In this document: piece by piece, positions 11,831 to 22,443 of the stretch
Layout of the letters: each line of letters begins with the position of its first letter
Position numbering within the stretch: position 1 is the stretch's first letter
DNA from: Haliotis cracherodii
Lineage: Eukaryota
DNA length: 64,000 bases
Assembly: GCF_022045235.1 (NCBI RefSeq)
Contig: NW_027266277.1
Location: forward strand, 9,610,001 to 9,674,000
Direction: 5' to 3'
Notes under the pieces: model-generated
Told to the model about the DNA's origin: nothing
Databases searched by the model: none
Seen by the model: only the letters and a program-made list of their open reading frames with translations
Program-made: the position numbers and the translations under genes

Positions 11831-12047
11831 TGAACAAAGATGACCGTGTGATGGCCATAAATACATTTTCAATATGGACGATATGGTGACCAAGATTGAC
11901 AACAGGCCATGACATAAGCTCACATGACTTTCAGTCAGGTGAGCTAAAGGCTTAAACATAATGACCCAGATTAATGACCATATTTGCATGACTCCTGGAA
12001 CATAGACTCGTGGTTTTGACGGAGGATTAAGTTAGAACATTCCTTAC

Positions 12048-12126
12048 CATCCTGGCAGTAGACTTCGCGACAGCACTTGTTGTTCTTCTGTAGGTATGTG
12101 TGTGGTGGACATGCTCGACATGCTGT
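12048..12126 (-). CDS. TNFR-superfamily receptor, coding exon 2 (TACRACPPHTYLQKNNKCCREVYCQD)
   Basis: TATTGTTTCAG acceptor, GTAAGG donor, phase 0-1; C-P-x3-Y-x6-CC-x4-C resembles the CRD1 start. Confidence 0.85.
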
Positions 12127-12859
12127 CTGAAACAATAGAATGTTACATGGCTTATTCTACATAATCTAACTGAATATTTATTTGAAGGTTAGGGGATTCA
12201 GAAACAGTGTTAACCTCATGAATAGTCACAATTGGACACTCAAAGAAACTAAAAGACATTAGACTTACATAACATGGCCAATATCATGAAGGTATAATAA
12301 AACGTTCCTGAGATATTTTCTTAAAACAAACTCTACCCCCATTTGAGCAATCACAAAAACAAAAAACAACGGCCATAGCTCTGTAAAATATTAATTAAAG
12401 ATTGTGGATTCAAGCTTGAAAATATTTTCACTTATGATGTATTCAAATGTCATCTGTAGTTGTTCAAAAGCTCTAACAAGGACCATAACATTGTAAAATA
12501 TCAATTCTTGATGCTGAGTTTTGAACTTGTTCTACACGTGTATCCCATATCTTATATGCAAAATGTCATCCTTGCATTCACAAGTAGTGGTTTCTGAGCA
12601 CAAAATTCTCACTATGTCAACAATAATGTTTTATGCTGGCTTTCAAACTTGTTCTACATACGTATCTCTTAATGATATATGCAAAATGGCATCCTGGTAC
12701 CCATTTTTTTCTGACAAAATTAGTCCCATTTGGGGGTACAGTGCCCCATGTCCAACAAAGATATACAGCAATTACTGAAAATAGTTGTCCCCATTGAAAT
12801 CAGATGGACCTATGAGTCCAAACCTATATCCCCTGCCCCACTTGTGATGGGGGGTAATT

Positions 12860-13061
12860 GGTTTGTTTAAACGGAACACTCAGTAATATTCAAGCTATTT
12901 GACAGAGGTCTGCCACAAATTGAACATGGGGCTGACAATCCAGTGATTGACATCATGAGCATCGATATACGGAACTGGGATACAATGACATGCATCAACT
13001 AAGTCAGTGAGCCTGATCACCCGTGTACCGTTAGTCGCCTCTTACGAGTATGAGTTCCTGG
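12860..13061 (-). mobile_element. SINE family 1, left part; the remainder lies at 15065-15102
   Basis: Matches 2617-2946 and 35990-36225; the sequence resumes as GAGACCAATTCTAACCCG after the 2-kb insertion. Confidence 0.75.
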
Positions 13062-13451
13062 CACAGGAACTCGTTATTGGTCAGTAAATAAAAATATATA
13101 CCCCCTATATGTAAGTAGAGAAAAGGAGCGTCACTCGCCATCTTGCCGGTTTGTTTACATTCGATATCCACGGCGATTGTTTTATTATAAGCTTATTGAC
13201 ACGCGCATTTCTGGCCGTAGATTGATCGATAATACATTTCTACACATGTACAACACATCTACATTCGAACAATGTCCCTTACTTACCGAAATATCGACAG
13301 TTTATTTCGTAACCTGGGAATATGTTACCAACCCCGAGCGGAAGTAAATTTCAAACGCGGTCAGAATCGAGCGAGCCACCTGATTGGCTGACCTACTTAT
13401 ATCAAGTCAGCGTGAAAACAACAACACATGTGCAACCAACGTGGGTTCAAA

Positions 13452-13548
13452 ATGATAGCTTTGACTGAAGAACAAGTGTTTGCATGGAATTTGATCAAAG
13501 ATGGACACAACACTCTAATCTGGCGAGGCTGGCACAGGAAAAACGGTT
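13452..13548 (+). pseudogene. PIF1-like SF1B helicase N-terminal fragment (frameshifted)
   Basis: MIALTEEQVFAWNLIKDGHNTLI-(frameshift)-GEAGTGKTV: Q motif plus Walker A in the PIF1/RecD arrangement. Confidence 0.7.
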
Positions 13549-13949
13549 CAAGGAAATTACGGAGAGACTGAGGAGAAATGAAATCTACAGTTCTGACATG
13601 TTACTGTTGACTTAAAACAATTCAAAGATAATACTTTCAAACAGTTAGCAGAGTATGCAATGGGTTCCTTCTAAAAATTTTGCTGAAGAACAAGATTTTC
13701 TTTCTCATCTGATATTCTGTTAGGAGATATGCCCTGACAGTATCTTGTCATATTCAGTGTCGAAAAGAATGCGTTATGTTTTTTTTAGTCGAAATGTATA
13801 TACTGAATACCAAAAGTGTCATTTATTACTGTACCACTGACGGAAAGATGTACATGCCCATCAGTAGAAAATCTCACTTGTAAATATATCATGTTCCCAT
13901 TACAGGATAATCCTGTCTGCCTTCCAACAGTTATAGAGTCTTTAGTTTG

Positions 13950-14230
13950 CTACAGTACAAAATAGTCTTTTGGAATGTTATCAGATATTGCAGCAAATTC
14001 AATGTTTTGTGTCTGTTCTGATCTCACATTGATGCCACGGTAAACCGTGATGTTTTTAATCCAATCACCAGGTTTTTGGAGCCTGGTTGTGGTGATATTT
14101 TGGAAAAGCATTTTTTTAATATTTTCTGACAAACACTTTTGATCTGTGACCAAAGTTGTCACAAAATTTCTGGAAAATCTCTTCAACTGGTATAGTACTT
14201 TTGCTGTCTTCAACATACTTTTCATGTAAC
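13950..14230 (-). pseudogene. RFX-like winged-helix DNA-binding domain exon (frameshifted)
   Basis: TTCTTATAG acceptor, then LHEKYVEDSKSTIPVEEIFQKFCDNF..(fs)..KMLFQNITTTRLQKPGDWIKNITVYRGI; resembles the RFX pattern WLxxxY...FPxxxTRRLGxxG...YxGI. Confidence 0.5.
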
Positions 14231-14395
14231 CTATAAGAATGTTTCAAGAACTTTACATAACTGAAAATTGAATTCTTGTAACATCGCAATATAACTGCCA
14301 TTGGTAAAAATTCAGAATTTCATATATTATAATGGCAAATCATGATATTTGGGTGTGTTTGTGATATTCATATTATCATGTAATGTTGTAATTTA

Positions 14396-14738
14396 CCGTA
14401 TTCAACGTAATAAGCGCCCAGGTCGCTCTCAAAATTAGAAATAGGGGGCTCTATTAGAATGGTATTTTGGTGAGGAAAAAACAGTTGAAAGATAAATTTC
14501 GTGGTTTATGCTGACAGCCTGAAATGTTTATATACGACAGATATATTTTTCCAGAATTTAATTGCCCATAATTAAGGGTGCATATAACACACGAGTGTGT
14601 ATTATACACAAATAAATAAGTCTTGTGCACATTGATCAATTGGAAGGGGTGCTAATTGGGATTGTTCACAAGCCAATATATTAATAAATATCGCCGTGGG
14701 CGCTTATTAGAGCGGGGGGCTTATTACGTCGAATACGG
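14396..14738. mobile_element. pogo/Tigger-type MITE nested in the TIR element
   Basis: TA|CCGTATTCAACGTAATAAGC ... GCTTATTACGTCGAATACGG|TA. Confidence 0.85.
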
Positions 14739-15141
14739 TACTTATTATTCTCAAATAGATTTATTACTTTTGCATTCATGATAAATATTAACTTGAAATG
14801 TTCACTTTATTCATTTTCAATCTGCATGACCAGTATTCATAATGTCATCAGGCACAGGCAATATACATGAAAATGTGCCTATTATATTAATATAGTGATG
14901 TATAGTTTAAAATTCACCAGCTAATAATGGACTAGCTTTAGATGACAAGTATATTATAAAATGAAAAACATATTCATAATAAATATTTACCATTTGAAGA
15001 AATTATCTGAAGTCATTTTTTAGATTCTGCTGTCACTCCAGATAACTCCAATAACGAGTTCCTGGTTCCTTGGAGACCAATTCTAACCCGAATCTTTAAG
15101 GGTGGATAATTAGTATCCAGGGTTAAATGAAGATAGCTTAC

Positions 15142-15198
15142 CTGAGAGGCTGTGATGATGTAGAGGACAATGTTCACATAACAGTAGCACTTTATCAT
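15142..15198 (-). CDS. TNFR-superfamily receptor, coding exon 1 (signal peptide MIKCYCYVNIVLYIITASQ)
   Basis: ATG, hydrophobic core, CAG/GTAAGC phase-0 donor matching the phase-0 acceptor of exon 2. Confidence 0.75.
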
Positions 15199-16229
15199 AT
15201 TTTCAGTATCGTTGTTGCGATGACATGGCCTTCAGTGAAAAATGCCACATGATTCAGATCAAATTTTACATGTTAACCTTTCCTTTTGAAAATTATCTGA
15301 CATTCAGTTCGAATAAGAAAACTTTGAATGTCCTAATTTCCTGAACCATGCTGTTTCAGATTAAAAAGTTACTCTTTTCGACGTGTGTGACTGTAGAGAA
15401 ACAGATATCTCAGATGGTTAAAAGTGAAGAGGCATAATATCGTGCTTTTCATGTAGTTGACAGATTCAGAACTGCATTATTCTCAGATATAGTTCTTGTA
15501 TCCCGTGAAGGTCCATATGCGGTGTTATCACTTCCAACTGTAAAATGAATAATAACCTTTTTGATGTTATTTGTAATCATTTAACAATTAATCAACAAGT
15601 GTCAGAACTGAACGTAACAAGTACTTGATAACATTGTATATATACTCAACTTCATTGAAATGTTCATAATTACTCTTTAATAGCAAGTCTTTAATGGAAA
15701 GCTAGTCAGGCTGGTGTTCTTGGTTTGTTCACATAAGGGCTTGATACAATGACTCATTGTTGAAGTTTGTGATACACTGTAAGCCCCCTCTGTTCTATAT
15801 GACCTAACACGCAAATATGTTACTGAATATTGGCCACAGAAAGGAATTTGATTGGTGAGGGGTGTGCGTGGGATAATTCAAATGTTACACTTCAATTTTA
15901 TTACAGTGTATTTTACACTGTGTTTTGGGGGTGTATAATAGCTCATATCCTATACTCACATAAGAAGGCACCCCGCCGATGCCAACGGGCCTCAAATAAC
16001 AAAACAATTTAATAATTAATCAAAGCAAATGTAAAAAACATTTAATACATTTTATCATAAATCTGCTTAAGAAAAATCATATATGGACAATAAACTATTT
16101 AGATCTAGAATCTAGTCCAATTTGTGACTTCCGTCAGCAGTAACCGGCTAAAATAACTAACTGTCATGGTTATATGGGCAACATATTGCAACCGTGGCAC
16201 TAAAGAGGAAAACTGGGACAAAATACATA

Positions 16230-16620
16230 CCTGTTTTTGTATGTAAATTGTTGCAGACATACATTGCTCTTAATATGACTTGTATTTTCGCATTAGAAAA
16301 TGGTCAAAACCGCGAAGTCCGTATGCCTGTAGAGTTACGGCCCTTCTTAGCTGTCAGCTTCCCAGCGCAAGACGCAAGGCTCCTAGACTGGTTCCCGGGT
16401 CCTCCGCCTGGTGTCGCTACCAAGCAGAAACGAACGGGAACCAGTCGAAGAAAGTTCCGTGAACGGGTGGAGCTTGAGGTGTGAGTGGAGCGGAGATTAT
16501 GAACGAAAATCCGATTGTGTAACAAGCCGTCTCCAAACAAACAACCGCTGGGTATGAAAGGTTTCAGTGGCCGCCCATGGTCACTGTTCACTCCCGTCAT
16601 ACGCGAAGGGGGCGTCTCAT
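16230..16620. promoter_or_regulatory. CpG-enriched candidate bidirectional promoter / non-coding first exons
   Basis: Locally CpG-rich in CpG-poor surroundings; minus-strand donor CAG/GTATGT at 16230 and plus-strand GTGAGT at 16481; lies between two divergent genes. Confidence 0.35.
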
Positions 16621-17855
16621 AATGCCATTTGTTGGCCTGTCTCTCTGTTGAGGAATTCAAAGATATCGACACAAAAATTATTGTGTGCATTACATGTTTT
16701 ATACCCGGTATTTCTTCAGTAAAGTCAATAATAATATATTAAAGAGTGCATGTTATTAAGAAATATGGTAAATACAGTAGCGTGGTTTTGAGACGTCCTA
16801 ATTCCGTGTGTTTTCATCCTATGTAATCTGGCTTCCACGGGATTTAGTAACCTGGGGCTTTGGAAATTGTCACCACAGTCATTTGGTCTAAACAAGGCAA
16901 GGTGATCAATACGAACTTCCAGTAAGGACCCATTTATGTTTCTTTTACATTTGTTTCTGTTTAATGATCAATTCACACTTTATTCTGCTGTAGGTTTACA
17001 AGGGATCGAATGTAAACAAAATATTTTTTCATTCAGTCACGTGATTATTGTGTATTGACATGAGTTAACGTGAAGGAATATGACGAGGGTGAGTGCAGCA
17101 CTACATCTCTACTTGTCTCCAGAGATCATTTATGACACAATACATTGTTGAGATTTCCTTATAAACTGGTGGATGGTCAGGCTCCGTGACTTCAAAATTA
17201 GCTCTCTGAGTGAAACAGTGCAGGAATTGTTGCTCATGATTTCAGTCAATGTTTTTTTGGATCCAGACTCGTTTATTGAGTCATGACAGTCATGGCCGTG
17301 ATTTATGTGGATACATTAAAATTTTAGTGTCACACGTTACTCGTGCTAACTGATCCTGTTGCATGAGTTCTTGTTTATTTATGGAAAATATGTACAGGGT
17401 CAAATAAAAATTATGCTTGTATAAATAGAGATAAACCATAGAGTTCTAGATATTTTTTAATCATTAAACAATATATCACGTGACTAACCACGGGTCCGGG
17501 TAATCCTGTGGATACCAATATCCTACTCAGTACCCAACCAACCCAAGTACCCGAGTTACCCGTCCCAGCCCAAATACCAACAATAATCAGTGCAACAGTA
17601 GTTGGTTGTATTGACAGCAAGGTGGTGGGTGCAGCAAGCTACACCTTCTTGATGTGATCGTCTCATGTTTAGGTATTAGGAAATATTGATTATTGTAGTT
17701 TCTGCAGATGAAATACAGATTATATGAAATCTGAGTAACTTAATTTTTGTTGATTATAATTTATATTTGCTGTTTTATTGTTTACAACTCCTTTTGAAGC
17801 CTGCTGCTGTGATTTGGCTAGAACAAAGTGGCATAAAACTACACTCACTCAAATT

Positions 17856-18018
17856 AGTGAGTGTGTTTGATTTTATGCCACTTATAGCAATATCCCAGCA
17901 ATATCACGGCGGGGACACCAGAAATGCACTTAACACATTGTTCACATGCCAGAATCTAACCTCGGGTCTTCGGCGTGACGAGCGGATGCTTTAACCACTT
18001 GGCTATCTAACCGCCCCC
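17856..18018 (-). mobile_element. tRNA-derived SINE family 2
   Basis: Reverse complement of the 18308 and 18924 copies. Confidence 0.85.
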
Positions 18019-18307
18019 AATCCTTCTAAAGAAGGAACTTTAGACATTTTGAAAGACGAGCAATGGAAGCAGTATCTTATGAATTAAACATAATGTAAAT
18101 AACTTGGCATTGACTCTTCTACATTTTTATTTAATGTGTATTTTTTTCCACAGCTGAAGTAATTATTGATTTTAGAGAAAGAAAGGTTGAAATTATCATG
18201 GCGACCCATATTTGAGCATGTTGTGAAAGACCTCCAGTGATACTCAACATCAATAGCACCTGATTTAGAAATACATGTTCCTTGTTACCATGGTTACAAG
18301 GCTTATC

Positions 18308-18477
18308 AGGGCGGTCGGGTAGCGTAGTGGTTAAAGCGTTCGCTCGTCACGCCGAAGACCCGGGTTCGATTCCCGACATGGGTACAATGTGTGAAGTCCA
18401 TTTCTGGTGTCCCCCGCCGCGATATTGCTGGAATATTGCTAAAAGCGACGTAAAACCATACTCTATTACTCACTTAC
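18308..18477 (+). mobile_element. tRNA-derived SINE family 2 with TSD TACAAGGCTTATC
   Basis: A box TAGCGTAGTGG, B box GGTTCGATTCC, (CTCA)n tail; TSD at 18295-18307 and 18478-18490. Confidence 0.92.
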
Positions 18478-18546
18478 TACAAGGCTTATCCAGATGAGAT
18501 GCCCTGTAAGTCTGATAAGGATGGCATCATACGAAAAGAAGTGAAA

Positions 18547-20258
18547 TGTCCTTGAATGTCCTTGTGGTGTAGGTCAGTGATGAGTGCATATCCTTGTGGT
18601 GTAGGTCAGTGGTTAGTGCATGTCCTTGTGGTGTAGGTCAGTGATGAGTGCAAGTCCTTGTGTTGGTCAGTGATGAGTGCATGTCCTTGTGGTGTAGGTC
18701 AGTGATGAATGCATGTCCTTGTGGTGTAGGTCAGTGATGAGTGCACGTCCTTGTGGTGTAGGTCAGTGATGAGTGCACGTCCTTGTAGTGTAGGTCAGTG
18801 ATGAGTGCAAGTCCTTGTGGTGTAGGTCAGTGATGAGTGCATGTCCTTGTGGTGTAGGTCAGTGATGAGTGCATGTCTTTTTGGTGTAGGCCAGTGATGA
18901 GTGCATGTCCTTGTGGTATACGCAGGGGTGGTCGGGTAGCCTAGTGGTTAAAGCGTTCGCTTTTCACGCCGAAGACCCGGGTTCGATTCCCGACATGGGT
19001 ACAATGTGTGAAGCCCATTTCTGGTGTCCCCCGCCGTGATATTGCTGGAATATTGCTAAAAGCGGCGTAAAACAATACTCACTCACTCATTGTGGTATAC
19101 GCCAGTGATGAGTGCATGTCCTTGTGGTGTAGGTCAGTGATGAGTGCACGTCCTTGTGCTGTAGCCCAGTGGTGAGTGCATGTCCTTGTGGTGTAGGTCA
19201 GTGATGAGTGTATGTCCTTGTGGTATAGGCCAGAGATGAGTGCATGTCCTTGTGCTGTAGGTCAGTGATGAGTGTATGTCCTTGTGGTATAGGCCAGAGA
19301 TGAGTGCATGTCCTTGTGCTGTAGGCCAGTGGTGAGTGCATGTCCTTGTGCTGTAGGTCAGTGATGAGTGTATGTCCTTGTGGTGTAGGCCAGTGGTGAC
19401 TGCATGTCCTTTTGGTGTTGGTCAATGATGAGTGCATGTCCTTGTGCTGTAGGCCAGTGATGAGTGCATGTCCTTGTGGTATAGGTCATTGATGAGTGCA
19501 TGTACTTGTGGTGTAGGCCAATGATGAGTGCATGTCCTTGTGCTGTAGGCCAGTGATGAGTGCATGTCCTTGTGGTGTAGGTCAGTGATGAATGCATGTC
19601 CTTGTGCTGTAGGCCAGTGATGAGTGCATGTCCTTGTGGTGTAGGTCAGTGATGAATGCATGTCCTTGTGCTGTAGGCCAGTGATGAGTGCATGTCCTTC
19701 TGCTGTAGGTCAGTGATGAGTGCATGTCCTTGTGGTGTAGGTCAGTGATGAGTGCATGTCCTTGTGGTGTAGGTCAGTGATGAGTGCATGTCCTTGTGGT
19801 GTAGGTCAGTGATGAATGCATGTCCTTGTGGTGTAGGTCAGTGATGAATGCATGTCCTTGTGCTGTAGGCCAGTGATGAGTGCATGTCCTTGAGGTGTAG
19901 GCCAGTGATGAGTGCATGTCCTTGTGGTGTAGGTCAGTGATGAGTGCATGTCCTTGTGCTGTAGGCCAGTGATGAGTGCATGCCCTTGTGGTATAGGCCA
20001 GAGATGAGTGCATGTCCTTGTGCTGTAGGCCAATGGTGAGTTCATGTCCTTGTGGTATAGGCCAGTGGTGAGTGCATGTCCTTGTGCTGTAGGCCAATGG
20101 TGAGTTCATGTCCTTTTGCTGTAGGCCATTGGTGAGTGCATGTCCTTGTGCTATAGGCCAGTGATGAGTGCATGTCCTTGTGCTGTAGGCCAGTGGTGAG
20201 TGCATGTCCTTGTGCTGTAGGCCAGTGGTGAGTGCATGTCCTTGTGCTGTAGGCCAGT
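18547..20258. repeat. 32-bp minisatellite TGTCCTTGTGGTGTAGGTCAGTGATGAGTGCA
   Basis: Direct periodicity; explains the ORFs at 19198-20292. Confidence 0.95.
18924..19089 (+). mobile_element. SINE family 2 inserted in the 32-bp array, TSD TTGTGGTATACGC
   Basis: TSD at 18911-18923 and 19090-19102. Confidence 0.92.
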
Positions 20259-20976
20259 CTTGCCCAAGGACAACTGAATCATAATTTCCCACTTGACTGA
20301 TACTATTTTTATGGTTCTTGCAAGTCGGGCATAGTAATTGGACACCCCTGGGTTACAAGAAGCAAGACTGGTTTTGTGCATTATTAACTGAAGTAGGTAC
20401 GTGTATATGTGTGCTTGGATGCATTCAGCAAATAAGGATCTGTCAAGAAATACAGGCACCAACAATTACTCAGTGTTATACTATTGTTTTTTATTTTTTT
20501 TTATGGGTACTGGTATGCAAGGAGTTCAGAAGTGAATTGGGTAATCGCAGCTTTTCTGCTTGTGTATTCGATTTAATGGTAGACACAACATTTGTTTTTG
20601 ACTCATGACTTCACATACAAAATAAACTAATCCAAACATCAGGAAATTAGAAAAATAAATTTTATAGATTGAGAGTCTTTCTGAAAATCTCATTTAACAA
20701 TAACATATATCACCAGCTTTTTTTCATGGATATCCCGACACAAGATATTTAACTCACCACTACAGCATGTTTAAATAATTGTTCAGGATTTTGGCCATCA
20801 TGACATAAAGTTGTTTTTTTAATACCTACTGACCATGTTTACACACAAGACAAAACAAAATCTGTAAACCAACTAATAACAAAAATGTTTTAATATGTTG
20901 CTTGTTGTAATCAAATCCTGAGTCTAAATCCATGTTTCAGTTTCCGGTTGGGAAAGTCCACACAGACATTGGAGGT

Positions 20977-22443
20977 ATGTCGGAAGTGAAGAAGCGCGTG
21001 CTGATCGTTGGTGCGGGGGCTGCAGGGACTGCTGCGGCATACAGTCTTGGCAGATATCCAGACAGATTTGATGTGGAGGTATGGGAAAAGTCCAGGGTTC
21101 CAGGGGGTGTTGCCACAACCAACCTTGTGAAAGGCAACCTCTTTGTAAATGATGGTGTTCAAGGTGGGACACCCACTTACAGAAACACCCTCAACTTAAT
21201 GAACAGATTTGGTTTTGAGACAACCCCTGTCCACATGAAGATCTCTTTTGGCAAGGGGAAAACAGCCTGGACCAACTACACGAAGACTGAACTGACAGAA
21301 TATCTTAAAGAGGATATAAAAAAATTTGGATCAGTTTTGAAAACTGTCAACAGATTTGAGGCCTTCTACATCTTTATCCCAATTTCCAGAGTTTTGAAGT
21401 GGTATGGGTTCTCTGATTTGTTTTGTAATGAGATGGTATATCCTCTCACAGCCTTATTCTTCGGGACAGGCAACCAGACACCAAATGTGTCGGCCGCCAT
21501 CGTGGCTCGTGTCTTCCTTGATGATGATCTCAGGTTGTTTGACTATGACTCTGAGCACCTTTTAAGTCAAACACCAGAAATGTTTGCATTCCCTAATCTT
21601 GAGTCCATGTATAAAACAATAATAGCGAAATCAGGTATCATTTACCATGCTAACCGTCCTGTGACCTCAGTCCGTAGGACGAGAAAGCATGTCTATGTGA
21701 CAGACTCCAACAATCATGAACAAGTCTTTGATGACATAATCTTTGCCTGTGATGCAGAAACTGTCTTGAAGGTTCTTGATGAACCAACCCTCTTTGAAAC
21801 CAGAGCCTTGGGGAATGTCAAGTATTACAATGACCTGATAGTAACTCATGAAGACAGAGAATACATGGACAAGTTCTATGAGCTCCATGTAGACACTGAT
21901 CAATATTTTGTCCGAACGGATGACAATGACAGCTCCAAACTAGAGATGTCTTTCAACCTGACCAACTACCAACCCCAGCTCAAGTCTTCGGGTAGGAACA
22001 TCTTTCAAACCATCTTCCTGGACGACCAAATACAGGGGGCATGGACCAGAGATGAAATCAAGGAAGACAAGATCCTCTTGAAACGTTGGTGGAGGCAGTT
22101 TTCTCACTCCTGGAAACACTTTGCATTTACTGTGCCTTTCATGCGCTACCTCCAAGGCAAGAAGCACACATGGTACTGTGGGTCATACACCCTCATCAAC
22201 ACTCACGAGGTTGCTGTCATTTCTGGTCTGGCAGCTGCACACCAGCTCGGGGCTCCGTACCCGTTCACTGAAGACAGCCTGGCAGCCAAACAGTTTGACC
22301 ATTACATGATGGTCATCCATGGTCAGCCAAGATCTGTTGGCGTAAACAAGGACACAGTGAAGTCATACCTACTTGCTCCATTGATGTTTTTGTTTGCCTG
22401 CTTTGCTCTCTTGCTGAAGGTGATCCTGAGGGTGATGTCGTAA
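20977..22443 (+). CDS. FAD/NAD(P)-binding oxidoreductase (flavin amine oxidase / COG2907-like), single coding exon, C-terminal hydrophobic anchor, 488 aa
   Basis: RVLIVGAGAAG Rossmann motif, WEKxxxxGG motif, FDDIIFAC, C-terminal TWYCGSY...HEVAVISGLAAA; TGTTTCAG acceptor at 20940 makes ATG 20977 the likely start. Confidence 0.92.
   Translation: MSEVKKRVLIVGAGAAGTAAAYSLGRYPDRFDVEVWEKSRVPGGVATTNLVKGNLFVNDGVQGGTPTYRNTLNLMNRFGFETTPVHMKISFGKGKTAWTNYTKTELTEYLKEDIKKFGSVLKTVNRFEAFYIFIPISRVLKWYGFSDLFCNEMVYPLTALFFGTGNQTPNVSAAIVARVFLDDDLRLFDYDSEHLLSQTPEMFAFPNLESMYKTIIAKSGIIYHANRPVTSVRRTRKHVYVTDSNNHEQVFDDIIFACDAETVLKVLDEPTLFETRALGNVKYYNDLIVTHEDREYMDKFYELHVDTDQYFVRTDDNDSSKLEMSFNLTNYQPQLKSSGRNIFQTIFLDDQIQGAWTRDEIKEDKILLKRWWRQFSHSWKHFAFTVPFMRYLQGKKHTWYCGSYTLINTHEVAVISGLAAAHQLGAPYPFTEDSLAAKQFDHYMMVIHGQPRSVGVNKDTVKSYLLAPLMFLFACFALLLKVILRVMS

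Larger units (their letters stand above)
13062..15064. mobile_element. 2-kb non-autonomous TIR element carrying PIF1 and RFX-like remnants
   Basis: Perfect 17-bp TIR CAGGAACTCGTTATTGG (13064-13080) / CCAATAACGAGTTCCTG (15048-15064); splits a SINE; flanked by GTTCCTGG / GTTCCTTGG. Confidence 0.75.

Noticed and set aside
13230-13400. Minus-strand donor at 13287 and CCAAT box as TNFR promoter
   Set aside because: They lie inside the TIR element, downstream of the TNFR signal exon; more likely the element's own promoter.
18308-18380. tRNA-like sequences (also 18924, 41949, 43471, 56500)
   Set aside because: They continue into SINE bodies with tails and TSDs; not tRNA genes.
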